The position numbers and the translations under genes are program-made. Positions 30,648 through 40,142 of a stretch of DNA of 64,000 nt are shown in pieces. Numbering within the stretch: position 1 is the stretch's first letter; every line of letters begins with the position of its first letter. Origin of the DNA: Myxococcota bacterium (GTDB lineage: Bacteria > Myxococcota_A > UBA796 > CAJQPC01). The notes below the pieces were generated by a model. That model was not told where the DNA came from. It searched no databases and saw nothing but the letters and a program-made list of their open reading frames with translations. The stretch is from NCBI GenBank assembly GCA_036012755.1, contig DASCPX010000070.1:256001-320000 (forward strand), given 5' to 3'.

Positions 30648-33239
30648 TCAGCTACAGCCGCTCGAGCCGCCGCAGGTCTCACACTTGTAGCAGGCCCCGG
30701 AGCGCACCATGATGTCGCCGCAGTTGTGGCAAGGAGGGGCATCCGTCTGACGCACGTAGCCGTCGTCGAGGCTCAGCTCCGGGAGATCGACCGGCTCATC
30801 CAGGAAGCGGAGCTCCAGCCAGCGGAAGACGTAGTCCGTGATCGACTTGGCGATGGGGATGTCCCGGTTCTCGGTGAAGCCGCTCGGCTCGAAGCGGGTG
30901 TGCTGGAACTTGTTGCAGAGGACCTTCAGCGGCACCCCGTACTGCAGCGCCAGGCTGACGCTCGTGGCGAAGGCATCGACGAGGCCGCTGACCACGCTTC
31001 CCTGCTTGGCCATGGTCAGGAAGACCTCGCCAGGGGCGCCGTCCTCGTAGAGTCCGACCGTGACGTAGCCCTCGTGGCCGGCGATGGAGAACTTGTGCGT
31101 CACGGCGGTGCGCTCGTCTGGGAGGCGGCGGCGGGGCGGGCGCTTCTCTGCGACGACCTCTGCGGGCTTGGTCGTGCCCACGGCGCCAATGGGTTGCGTG
31201 CGCTTGGAGCCGTCACGGTAGAGGGCGACCGCCTTGAGGCCAGCGCGCCAGGCATCGATCACCAGCTGTTCGATCTCTTCGACGGTGGCCTCGCTGGGCA
31301 GGTTCACGGTCTTGGAGATGGCGCCGGAGAGGAAGGGCTGGACCGCGGCCATCATGCGCAGGTGGCCAGCCGGGTCGATGCTCCTGTTCCCGTTCTGTGG
31401 ACGGAAGGCGCAGTCGAAGACCTCCAGGTCCTCGTCTTCCAGGCCCGGAGCGCCCTCGACCGTTCCCTGGGTCTCCAGCCAGGCGGCGATCGCGGCCTGC
31501 TCAGCGCGTCCGTAGCCCAGCACCGCCAGCGCCCGGGGCACGCCGCGATTGACCAGGCGGAGGCTGCCTCCTCCACTGAGCGTCTTGATCTTGACGAGCG
31601 CGATCTCGGGCTCGACACCGGTCGTGTCGCAGTCCATGAAGAAGCCGATCGTCCCGGTCGGGGCGAGCACGCTCACCTGGGCGTTGCGGTAGCCATCCGG
31701 TGCGCTCCGGGCCTGGGCCCAGGCCAGTCGCGCAGACTCTGCGATCGGACCCGAGGGCAGGGCCTCGGCAGCGCGGGCGTGGCGGTCGATCACGGCGGCC
31801 ATCGGCGCGGCGTTTTCGGCGTGGCCTTCGAAGGCGCCACGGCGTGATGCGAGTCGGGAGCTGGTCGCGTAGGCCGTTCCCGTCAGGAGCGCGGTCACCG
31901 AGGCGGCCAGCGCCCTGCCATTGTCGCTGTCGTAGGCGAGACCACGGGCCATCAACAGGGCGCCGAGGTTGGCGTAGCCGAGGCCCAGGGGCCGGAAGCG
32001 CACGGCGTTGTCACGGAGCTTGTCCGTGGGATAGCCGGCGCGGTCGACCAGCACGTCCATGGCGGTGATCAGGACATCGACTGCGTCGCGGAAGCGCTCC
32101 ACCTGGAAGCGGCCATCGTCGTCGAGGAACCGCAGGAGGTTCAGGCTGGCGAGGTTGCAGGCCGAGTCGTCGAGGAAGACGAACTCGGAGCAGGGGTTGC
32201 TGGCGTTGATCGGCCCGGTCTCAGAGCATGTGTGCCAGCGCTGGAGGGTGTCGGTGAACTGCACACCGGGGTCGCCGCAGAGGTGGCAGGCTTCGGCGAT
32301 GGCCCGCATCAGGGAGCGCGCTGGCGGGGCCTCGAGGACCTCGCCGTTTCTGGCCACCAGCGGCCAGGGCCGATCGGCCTCGACGGCTTCGAGGAAGGCA
32401 TCGGAGAGGCGCACCGAGTGGTTGGCGTTCTGGAAGCCGACGGAGGCGTAGGCGCCCGCCTCGGCGGCGAAGCTGCCGTCGTAGCCGCCCTCGATGAGCG
32501 CCCAGGCCTTCTTCTCTTCCTTCGCCTTGCAGGTGACGAAGTCGAGGACGTCCGGGTGGTCGACGTCCAGCAGCACCATCTTCGCCGCACGGCGGGTCTT
32601 GCCACCGCTCTTGATGGCACCGGCCATGGCGTCGAGACCCCGCATGAAGGCCACGGGTCCGCTGGCCGTACCTCCGCCGCTGAGCCCCTCCTGGGAGGAG
32701 CGCAAGCCCGACAGGTTCACGCCGCTGCCGCTGCCCCACTTGAAGAGCGTGCCCTCCGTCTTGGCGAGATCGAGGATCGAGCCGAGGTCGTCGTCGACGG
32801 AGTTGATGAAGCAGGCGGAGCACTGGGGCCGATCGCGCACACCGACGTTGAACCAGACCGGCGAGTTGAAGGCTGCGTGCTGGTGCAGACAGAGCCAGCG
32901 GAGGTCGTCTCGGAAGGCCTCCTCGTCGTCGACGGCGCCGTCCTCTGCCGCCCACCGGGCGATCGTGTCGCAGACTCGGGCGATCAGGGTCCGGATGCTG
33001 TCTTCGCGGTGCGCGATCGGGCCGTGGAAGTAGCGGCTCGCGGCGACCTTGACGGCGGTCTCCGACCAGAGGACCGGTGCCTCTACTGCGGCTTGCTCGA
33101 AGCCAGACCCGGGGATGGCGCAGTCGCGCCGCCCCCACTCGACGGTGTCCCAGACCGAGCGCCCCTCGGGAGCGAATCGACGGTGGGTCGGGGCGTTGGA
33201 CACAGGGGTGGCGGGGGGCCGCAGATCGGTCTGCACCAT
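30648..33239 (-). CDS. nrdJ: Class II (B12-dependent) ribonucleotide reductase
   Basis: FNSPVWFN, QCSACFI, TRRAAKM, NPCSE, ACNLAS, APTGTI, ISKTVN, YRDGSK, C-terminal TSCPD-like domain and Zn ribbon. Confidence 0.97.
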   Translation of the reverse strand: MVQTDLRPPATPVSNAPTHRRFAPEGRSVWDTVEWGRRDCAIPGSGFEQAAVEAPVLWSETAVKVAASRYFHGPIAHREDSIRTLIARVCDTIARWAAEDGAVDDEEAFRDDLRWLCLHQHAAFNSPVWFNVGVRDRPQCSACFINSVDDDLGSILDLAKTEGTLFKWGSGSGVNLSGLRSSQEGLSGGGTASGPVAFMRGLDAMAGAIKSGGKTRRAAKMVLLDVDHPDVLDFVTCKAKEEKKAWALIEGGYDGSFAAEAGAYASVGFQNANHSVRLSDAFLEAVEADRPWPLVARNGEVLEAPPARSLMRAIAEACHLCGDPGVQFTDTLQRWHTCSETGPINASNPCSEFVFLDDSACNLASLNLLRFLDDDGRFQVERFRDAVDVLITAMDVLVDRAGYPTDKLRDNAVRFRPLGLGYANLGALLMARGLAYDSDNGRALAASVTALLTGTAYATSSRLASRRGAFEGHAENAAPMAAVIDRHARAAEALPSGPIAESARLAWAQARSAPDGYRNAQVSVLAPTGTIGFFMDCDTTGVEPEIALVKIKTLSGGGSLRLVNRGVPRALAVLGYGRAEQAAIAAWLETQGTVEGAPGLEDEDLEVFDCAFRPQNGNRSIDPAGHLRMMAAVQPFLSGAISKTVNLPSEATVEEIEQLVIDAWRAGLKAVALYRDGSKRTQPIGAVGTTKPAEVVAEKRPPRRRLPDERTAVTHKFSIAGHEGYVTVGLYEDGAPGEVFLTMAKQGSVVSGLVDAFATSVSLALQYGVPLKVLCNKFQHTRFEPSGFTENRDIPIAKSITDYVFRWLELRFLDEPVDLPELSLDDGYVRQTDAPPCHNCGDIMVRSGACYKCETCGGSSGCS

Positions 33240-33381
33240 TGGATTGTCTCAGCTTCGGCGGGGAGAGTGGTGTGTCGCGGCAAGACAGCTGCAACAGCGA
33301 GGAAACCTCTAGTCGAGGTTTGTCGATTGGACGCCCCAGCACCTTGACTCGTCAACTGATCCAGATCAGGTTTCTGACTGC

Positions 33382-34449
33382 TCAGAGACGGGCGTCGAGC
33401 TGGAGCCACATCCATAGCTGTGTCGGGGTGTCATCGGCATACAAAAAAGCCGATCCGCCGACCCCGATCGCCAGACCTCCGTCGAGCATCGCTCCACCCC
33501 AGAGATCGATCTCCTCTCCGAGGAGGCTCGTGTCGTCGGCCGCCAGGAAGAGATGGGAGTCGAGCTTCACAGAGGTCTTCTCGGTGGGAGAGACCTTCAG
33601 CTTCAAGGCGGCGTCGTGGAGTCCGCGCGTGGCATCACCGAGCTGGAAGACCCCGACATCGGCGAGGCCGTAGAACTTGTGGTTCGTGGCGTAGAGCGTG
33701 TTGAAGCGCGGGGACAGGGAGTCCCACCACAGGGTGATCGTGGGCTTGCTGGAGAGCTCGGGCGCGACGCCGCCGCGCACACCGATCATGCCGGCGGGGT
33801 CCTGGGGGGTGAGCTGCCCGTAGGCCTCGATCCGCCCGCTGAGGATCCCGGCCTTGCCCCTGGCGTAGACACCCCCTGTGTGGCGCCAGCTGTCGGTCGC
33901 CCAGTCCACCTCTGGGATGTAGATGACGTCCGCGCCCTTCCAGCCGGCGCTCACGATGCCCATCAGGGCCGTGTCGTGGGTGCCCCAGGTCTCGGTGTCG
34001 CCTTCACGAAGCGCGATGGCGGCGAGCTCGACGTGCATGTCGCCGTTTTCGGCGAGCAGGCGCAGGCCGTCGAAGCTCTGGGCCTGCTGGGCCCAGTTCA
34101 CCGTGCCGATGAGCCGGTGCTCGTTGAGCGCGATCTCCTGGCGACCGACCGTCAGCGCGACGCTGTCGGAAGGGGCCCAGGTGAGTGTGGCGGAATGCAC
34201 ACCCAGGTTGTCCGCGGCGTAGTCCGTCAGCGTGTGACCTTCTTCACCCCAGGCGCGCACGTCCTGGACGACGACGTGCCCGGAGAGGGCTCCGCGGGTC
34301 GCCGTGAGACCCAGGCGAGAGCGCTGTGTGACAGCGTGTACTGCGGCTGCGTCGCGGTCCAGTGAGCGGAACTCGAAGCGGGGACGGACCTGCAGCTCGG
34401 GGGTGAGCTCGACCTCGGACGCGCTGGCGGACAGGATCAGGAACAACAT
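33382..34449 (-). CDS. Alginate-export (AlgE-like) family outer-membrane beta-barrel
   Basis: Signal MLFLILSASA; RPRFEFR, QRSRLG, VQDVRAWG, GRQEI..RLIG..NW, FNTLYATNHKFYG, LGEEID. Confidence 0.85.
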   Translation of the reverse strand: MLFLILSASASEVELTPELQVRPRFEFRSLDRDAAAVHAVTQRSRLGLTATRGALSGHVVVQDVRAWGEEGHTLTDYAADNLGVHSATLTWAPSDSVALTVGRQEIALNEHRLIGTVNWAQQAQSFDGLRLLAENGDMHVELAAIALREGDTETWGTHDTALMGIVSAGWKGADVIYIPEVDWATDSWRHTGGVYARGKAGILSGRIEAYGQLTPQDPAGMIGVRGGVAPELSSKPTITLWWDSLSPRFNTLYATNHKFYGLADVGVFQLGDATRGLHDAALKLKVSPTEKTSVKLDSHLFLAADDTSLLGEEIDLWGGAMLDGGLAIGVGGSAFLYADDTPTQLWMWLQLDARL

Positions 34450-34478
34450 GGGTTCTCCTCGATTGGGGTCCGCAGTAA

Positions 34479-34494
34479 TGCACGGCGTGTGCCA
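34479..34494 (-). promoter_or_regulatory. Sigma-54 (-24/-12) promoter for the porin gene
   Basis: Minus strand TGGCACACGCCGTGCA, GG-N10-GC spacing, about 30 nt before the ATG. Confidence 0.65.
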
Positions 34495-34498
34495 GCGC

Positions 34499-35470
34499 TC
34501 AGGGGCGCCAGAGCACCCGCGCAGGCCCTGCCACGACCTGTCCGACGCGAACGCCTTCGACAGCCGATGCGTCCTCGACCGCCAGCAGGAGTCCGCCCGA
34601 GGTCTGGGGATCCGCAAGCACGTCGCGGATCCAGGAGTCGGGGGCGTCGAGATCGGCCTCGAAGGCTCGGAGGTTGCGCTTGCCCCCCCCGGTGACGCAG
34701 CCTTCGGCGACGAGGGCCTCGACCTCCGGAAACAGCGGCAGGTGGTCGAAGACCAGGCTCACCGACGACGCTCTCGCCATCTCCAAGGCGTGCCCGAGGA
34801 GGCCGAAGCCGGTCACGTCCGTCGCGGCATGGACGCCCTGCGCATCGGAGCGGTTGAGGCGCTTCATCGAGGCGACCACCGCCTCCTCGGCTTCCTGGCT
34901 GCAGCGGTCGCGCTTGACGGCCGTGCACACGATCCCCGTGCCCAGCGGCTTGGTGAGCACGAGCTCGTCTCCGGGGCGTGCGCCGCGCAGGGTCCAGAGC
35001 GCCTCCTCTTCCACCAGTCCGGTCACCGAGAGGCCGAAGAGGGGCTCCCGCCCTTTCACCGAGTGTCCGCCGACGAGCATCGCACCCGAGTCCGCCACGA
35101 CCTCTGCTGCTCCGAGGAGGACCTCGTCGAGGCCGAGGAGGTCCTCTGGCCAGGCGAGCACGTTCATTGCGGTGAGCGGCGTGCCGCCCATGGCGTAGAC
35201 ATCCGACAGCGCGTTGGCGGCCGCGATGGCGCCGAAGTCTCGGGGGTCGTCGACGATGGGGGGGAAGAAGTCCACGGTCTGGACCAGGAGCCGTCCGTCT
35301 CCGAGGCGCACCACTCCGGCGTCGTCGCCGATTCCCACGACCAGGCGGGGATCGACGACCTCTGGCAGCAGGTCTCGAATGTGGTCCAGGACCTCGGGAC
35401 CGAGCTTGGCTGCTCAGCCGGCGCAGTCGACGCGAGCCGTGAGCCGGTAGTGGCGCTGTTTGCGCGTCAT
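34499..35470 (-). CDS. selD: Selenophosphate synthetase; selenoprotein with UGA at codon 19
   Basis: ATG 35470 reads MTRKQRHYRLTARVDCAG-UGA-AAKLGP in frame with DDAGV, QTVDFF, ANALSDVYAMGG, GGHS, LTKPLGTG, TDVTGFGLLGH, DPQTSGGLL. Confidence 0.93.
35383..35401 (-). promoter_or_regulatory. Candidate bacterial SECIS hairpin
   Basis: GGUCC-CGAGGUCCU-GGACC starting 12 nt after the in-frame UGA (35414-35416). Confidence 0.7.
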
Positions 35471-35991
35471 CGGATGATGATGTCACCCTGAACGAGCGCC
35501 CGCGCAACCGCCTGCACCACGGTCCTCGCTCCCAGCTTCCGGCGTGCGTTCACGATGTGGCTCCTCACCGTGGCGACGCCGATCCCCAGCTCTTCTGCAG
35601 ACTCGCGGGCGCTCGAGCCCGTCGCCGCGAGCTCGAGGACCTGGGTCTCCCGCGGCGTGAGGGCGGGGCCTTCGCGGGCCGGGGCGTCCGACATGACCAC
35701 GATCACGAAGTCGTCCGCTCGTGAGCATTCGAGGCGACGCCGGTCGCCCCTCACGAAGGCGTCGGACGCCGAGGTCTCGCCCTCTTCGACTCTCGTCGTA
35801 CAGCCGGGCGAGCAGATGGGCCTGCGCTCCTCGTCCAGCCCCCCGACCACGTCCCAGCAGGCCTTGCCGACACACTGGCCGAGGCGGGTCGTTGCCGCTG
35901 CGGTCGCAGCCAGGATGGTGCCGTCGCGGTCCAACAGGACCAGAGCGGGAGCAACTGCGCGGTTCGCGGCGCTCGGTGCGGTGTCTGCCAC
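35467..35991 (-). CDS. PAS-like (Cys-rich) + LuxR HTH regulator
   Basis: LLDRDGTI; Cx14Cx3C plus later Cys; LTPRETQVL..TVRSHIVNARRKLG. Confidence 0.88.
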   Translation of the reverse strand: MADTAPSAANRAVAPALVLLDRDGTILAATAAATTRLGQCVGKACWDVVGGLDEERRPICSPGCTTRVEEGETSASDAFVRGDRRRLECSRADDFVIVVMSDAPAREGPALTPRETQVLELAATGSSARESAEELGIGVATVRSHIVNARRKLGARTVVQAVARALVQGDIIIR

Positions 35992-36103
35992 TGTGATCCT
36001 CGCCTTGGTGGGGGCCTATGTAATTGCGAGAGCCACGGCTGGGAGGCACTCCTACACCTGTATTAGTCAACCTTGACCTGGGGCAGGATGCCAGCTCTTT
36101 CAG

Positions 36104-36586
36104 ATGAAAGAAGTCGTGACGCCCAGCCAGGCAACCCCGGCGCTCACGAGCCAGGTGCTGGCCGTCACGGCCTTCCTGCAGGACCTGGGAGGCACGGCAA
36201 CCGTGAAGGGGACCGACGTCGAGCCCGTGGAGCGCTTTGGTTGCGTCAGCGCAGGCGGAGGAGATCCCGCCGAAGCCGCCGCCCCGGAGGCTGTCGGACC
36301 CCCGGAAGAGGTCTTCGCGACCTTCGGCTGCGTCGGCTGCCACCAGATCGCGGTGCCCGTACGCACCCTGGGTCCGCCGCTTCACGACGTCGGCGCGAGG
36401 CTGTCGACCAGCGAGCTCTACGAGTCGATCCTGGAGCCGGACGCCACGATGGCAGAGGGCGATCCGCCCTATCCCCCAGGGCTGATGGGCGCGACCCTCG
36501 AAGGCAACGGCTTCTACGAGCGCATGACCGCCGCGGACTACCGGGCGCTGGTCGAGTGGCTCGCTGGCCACGGAGGACTCGAGTGA
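36104..36586 (+). CDS. Monoheme cytochrome c (probably N-terminally truncated)
   Basis: CVGCH, GPPL, YESILEP, M ligand; no signal peptide. Confidence 0.75.
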   Translation: MKEVVTPSQATPALTSQVLAVTAFLQDLGGTATVKGTDVEPVERFGCVSAGGGDPAEAAAPEAVGPPEEVFATFGCVGCHQIAVPVRTLGPPLHDVGARLSTSELYESILEPDATMAEGDPPYPPGLMGATLEGNGFYERMTAADYRALVEWLAGHGGLE

Positions 36587-37410
36587 TCCGGCTGTCGATC
36601 GCGCTCGCGCTGTTCGCCGCCGTCTCCGTGGGGCTCTTCCTCGGGCGGCGCAAGCTGGGGCTGTTCTGGTCGGCCTGCGCCTTCTATGCGGCGACCGTCG
36701 CCCTGGTCGCCTTCGGCTTCGATCCCCCCGCGCCTGGCAGCGTGGTGCAGCTCTACGCCGCCACCGCCGCGATCGCGATGTTGCTCTATGTCAGCAGCAG
36801 TGGAGCCTCGCTCGAGGCGGTCTGGGAGCCCTTGCGGGCCACGATGACCCAGAAGAAACGCCTGCCGATCCTGGTCGTCGTGCTGCTGGTGCCCGGACTG
36901 GTCGCCTGGGTGAGCTGGGAGGCGAGCCTCCCCTCTACTGACCCTCCGCCTCGGATCCGGTCGGTCCACCCCTCGCCGCCGAGCTCGATCGAGTTTGGGA
37001 GCGAGGCTGTGGAGATCGACCTCAACACCGCACGAAACCCCTTCCGCGATCTGGAGCAGTCCGACCCAGAGGCCTTCGCCGAGCGCGTGGCCAGGGGACG
37101 GGTCGTCTACTACGAGAACTGCTTCTACTGCCACGGGGACACGCTGGCGGCGGACGGCCACCTCGCGCCGGCCGTCCAGCCGCCTCCAGCCAACTTCACT
37201 GATCCCGGCACCATCGCGATGCTGCAGGAGGGCTACCTCTTCTGGCGCGTCGCCAAGGGGGGACCCGGGTTGCCCAGTGAGGGGACGCCCTGGGACACGA
37301 CCATGCCGGCCTGGGAGACCTTCCTGGACCAGGACGACATCTGGTCAGTCGTGCTCTTCATCTACGCCGACACCGGCTACCGGCCTCGGGCCAACACGGA
37401 GGTCCACTGA
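36583..37410 (+). CDS. Membrane-bound cytochrome c
   Basis: About 4 TM helices then YYENCFYCHGD, PANF, YLFWRVAKGGPGLP, MPAW; GTGA overlap. Confidence 0.88.
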   Translation: MIRLSIALALFAAVSVGLFLGRRKLGLFWSACAFYAATVALVAFGFDPPAPGSVVQLYAATAAIAMLLYVSSSGASLEAVWEPLRATMTQKKRLPILVVVLLVPGLVAWVSWEASLPSTDPPPRIRSVHPSPPSSIEFGSEAVEIDLNTARNPFRDLEQSDPEAFAERVARGRVVYYENCFYCHGDTLAADGHLAPAVQPPPANFTDPGTIAMLQEGYLFWRVAKGGPGLPSEGTPWDTTMPAWETFLDQDDIWSVVLFIYADTGYRPRANTEVH

Positions 37411-38624
37411 TGTGGCTCGCGCTCCTTGGAGTGGCCGCCGCTTTCGTTCTTCCCCGCCCCAGGGTGCTCGCGGACAACTTCTCGTTCAAGATCAGGACCA
37501 CTCCTTCCGGCGAACTCCCGACGGACGAGGATCTCTTCGCCATCGTCTCCGAGGGCCTGCCGGGGACCTCGATGCCGCCCTTCGACAAGGCCCTGTCCGA
37601 AGCTGAGCGTTGGGACGTCGTGGCCTACGTGAAGGCACTCTCCCCGGACTTCTCGGACCCCGTCTACGTAGTGGCCATCATTCCTATGGCCCAGCTCTCC
37701 GGTGCCCAGCCGCCCTCCTCGCCGGAGGCCGTCGAGCGTGGGCGCCAGCTCTACCAGGAGAACGAGTGCTTCAAGTGCCACGGTCAGCAGGGCCGTGGGG
37801 ACGGGCCGTCGTGGGAGGACCTCGAGGACGACTGGGACGATCCCATCCTGCCGGCGAACTTCGCCAACGCTGAGAGTTTCCGCGGCGGCTCCACGGCCTT
37901 CGACGTCTACCGGGCCGTCAGCACGGGCCTCAATGGCACGCCGATGCCCTCCTTCGCCGACAGCCTCTCCCCCGAGGAGATCTGGGACCTCGCCCACTAC
38001 GTCGTCAGTCTCGCTTCCCCTCGGGACACGGACGACGAGACCCTTCGTGCGCTGGCCGTCGACGCCATTCCCGAAGACTGGTCCGGCGTCCCCGTGGCGC
38101 GCTTCCCGACCGTACCCAACCTCATCGAGGCGCCGCGCCTGTACTTCCAGGCCGTGGAGTTCGTGTCGTTGCAGGCGGTCTACACCTCTGAGGAGTTGGC
38201 ACTGCGCGTCCAGTGGGACGACCGCACGGCCTCCACCGGGACCGACGCCGAGGGGACCTGCTCGGACAGGGACGGGGGGATCTACCGCGGCACACGGCAC
38301 CCGGACCAGCTGGCGATCCAGCTCCCGGCCCGCCCGGACGAAGGTGCCAGGCCCTACCGGATCATCATCGGCTCCAACCGCGTCGAGGATGTGCTGGAGA
38401 TCCGCTTCGAGGACGACGGTCCGGGCTTCCGACCGGAGGCGCTCGAGCGTGGCTTCGAGCCCCTGTTCACCACGCGGGCCGAAGGTGCTGGCCTGGGACT
38501 CGCCATCGTCAGCAGGCTTGCGGCCGCCCATGGCGCCGAGGCGGTGCTCGGCGAAGGAAGGCATGGAGGCGCGGCCGTGACACTACGCTGGCCCATCGAC
38601 GCCGAGAGGAGGGCTGTCTCGTGA
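37410..38624 (+). CDS. Chimeric ORF: cytochrome c + partial EB_dh-like domain joined to a HATPase_c fragment
   Basis: KIRTTPSGELPTDEDL, GTSMP, CFKCH, GTPMP, LRVQWDD, PDQLAIQLP, then EDDGPG, FTT, GAGLGL. Confidence 0.7.
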   Translation: MWLALLGVAAAFVLPRPRVLADNFSFKIRTTPSGELPTDEDLFAIVSEGLPGTSMPPFDKALSEAERWDVVAYVKALSPDFSDPVYVVAIIPMAQLSGAQPPSSPEAVERGRQLYQENECFKCHGQQGRGDGPSWEDLEDDWDDPILPANFANAESFRGGSTAFDVYRAVSTGLNGTPMPSFADSLSPEEIWDLAHYVVSLASPRDTDDETLRALAVDAIPEDWSGVPVARFPTVPNLIEAPRLYFQAVEFVSLQAVYTSEELALRVQWDDRTASTGTDAEGTCSDRDGGIYRGTRHPDQLAIQLPARPDEGARPYRIIIGSNRVEDVLEIRFEDDGPGFRPEALERGFEPLFTTRAEGAGLGLAIVSRLAAAHGAEAVLGEGRHGGAAVTLRWPIDAERRAVS

Positions 38625-39975
38625 AGGGTACGATCCTCATCGTCGAAGACGAAAGTGCGATGCGCTCCTGGAGCACCTCGGAGAGCGGTATCGGACCGTC
38701 GTCGGCGCATCGACCCTGGCCGAAGCTCGGCGGATCACACACAGCACGGGCCTCGACGCCGTGGTGCTCGATCTGCACCTTCCGGACGGCAACGGGCTCG
38801 ACTTCCTCGCGGAGCTCACGGAGGTCTCTCCGGAGATCCCGGTCGTGGTCATCACAGCCTTCCCCGAGGTCGAGGTCGCCATCCGGGCCTTTCGAAAGGG
38901 GGCATGCGACTTCCTGCGCAAGCCCTTCGGGCTGGCGGAGCTCGACCGTGTCCTCGACGTCCAGGTGTACAAACGCCTCGGCATCTCCCAGGGCGCGACC
39001 ATCTGCGCGCCGGGCTGCGGAAGGCAGGGTCCGGACTGTCATGGCCACGGCTGCATCGTGGGCTCGAGCCTGCCGACCCAGCAGCTGCGCGAGGCCATCC
39101 GTCGAGCGGCGAGGGTCCCCGGAATGCCGGTCCTCATCGAGGGGGAGAGCGGCAGCGGCAAGGAGCTGGTCGCCCGGGCGCTTCACTTCGAGAGCTCCCG
39201 CTGTCGCGGGCCGCTCGTTGCGCTCAACGCCGCGGTGCTCCCGGCCACGCTCGCGGAGTCGGAGCTCTTCGGGCACGTCAAGGGCTCCTTCACCGGGGCC
39301 CACGAGAACCACGCCGGGCTCTTCGAGCAGGGCCACAAGGGCACAGTCCTGCTGGACGAGATCGGCGAGCTGCCGCTGGGTCTCCAGCCCAAGCTCCTGC
39401 GGGTCCTCGAGAGCCGGGAGATCCGGCGCATCGGAGACAGCCGCACCCGTCCCGTCGACGTGCGCGTGATCTCGGCGACCAATCGGGATCTGCGGGCGAT
39501 GGTCGGAGAGGGGACATTCCGCGAGGATCTGTACTACCGCCTGGCCGTCTTCCGCCTTCGCGTCCCGCCACTGCGAGAGCGGCTCGGGGACATCGAGCAG
39601 CTCTCCCTGGTGCTCCTGGACGGCATCTGCGAGGAGAGCGGACTCGACGTGCGCTGGCTTGGGGAGCGCGCCGTGGACGCCTTGCGCGCCCACAGCTGGC
39701 CTGGGAACGTCTGTGAGCTGCGGAACTGCCTGTACCAGGCATCGGCGCTCACGACCGGGCAGACCGTCCGGGCCGAAGAGGTTCGGGCCGCCCTTGGGGG
39801 TGTTCTCTCCCCGAGCGCGCCGGTGGCCACGGACCTTTCCCTGCGGGAGGCCGAGCTCCAGCACATCGTCGGCGTGTACGAGGCCGCCGGGCGCAACAAG
39901 AGCGAGGCCGCCCGGCGGCTGGGCATCACTCGGGTGACGCTGCGCGCGAGGCTTCGGGAGGCCGGCGTCAGCTGA
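38621..39975 (+). CDS. Sigma-54-dependent response regulator (REC-AAA-HTH), frameshift near 38664
   Basis: ILIVEDE, VVLDLHLPD, GESGSGKE, GSFTGA, LDEIGE, FREDLYYRL, WPGNV, Fis HTH. Confidence 0.9.
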
Positions 39976-40055
39976 GCGGTCAGCTCCTGACCAGGTCCCG
40001 GACAGCATCTGGCCACGACGACCGCAACGACCCCCACCAGGGGCTTCTCTGGTGC

Positions 40056-40071
40056 TGGCACGGCTCTTGCG
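40056..40071 (+). promoter_or_regulatory. Sigma-54 promoter upstream of hemY
   Basis: TGGCACGGCTCTTGCG, near-consensus TGGCACG-N4-TTGC. Confidence 0.8.
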
Positions 40072-40142
40072 GATTGGCATAGCGAGCGGCCCCGCAGCGT
40101 GGAGGACGAGATGCCTGCTTCATTCGCGCAGGACCTGTCTTG

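Noticed and set aside
36073..36086. FNR-like TTGAC-N4-GGCAG upstream of the cytochrome cluster
   Set aside because: Second half-site too degenerate; may simply be a -35 element
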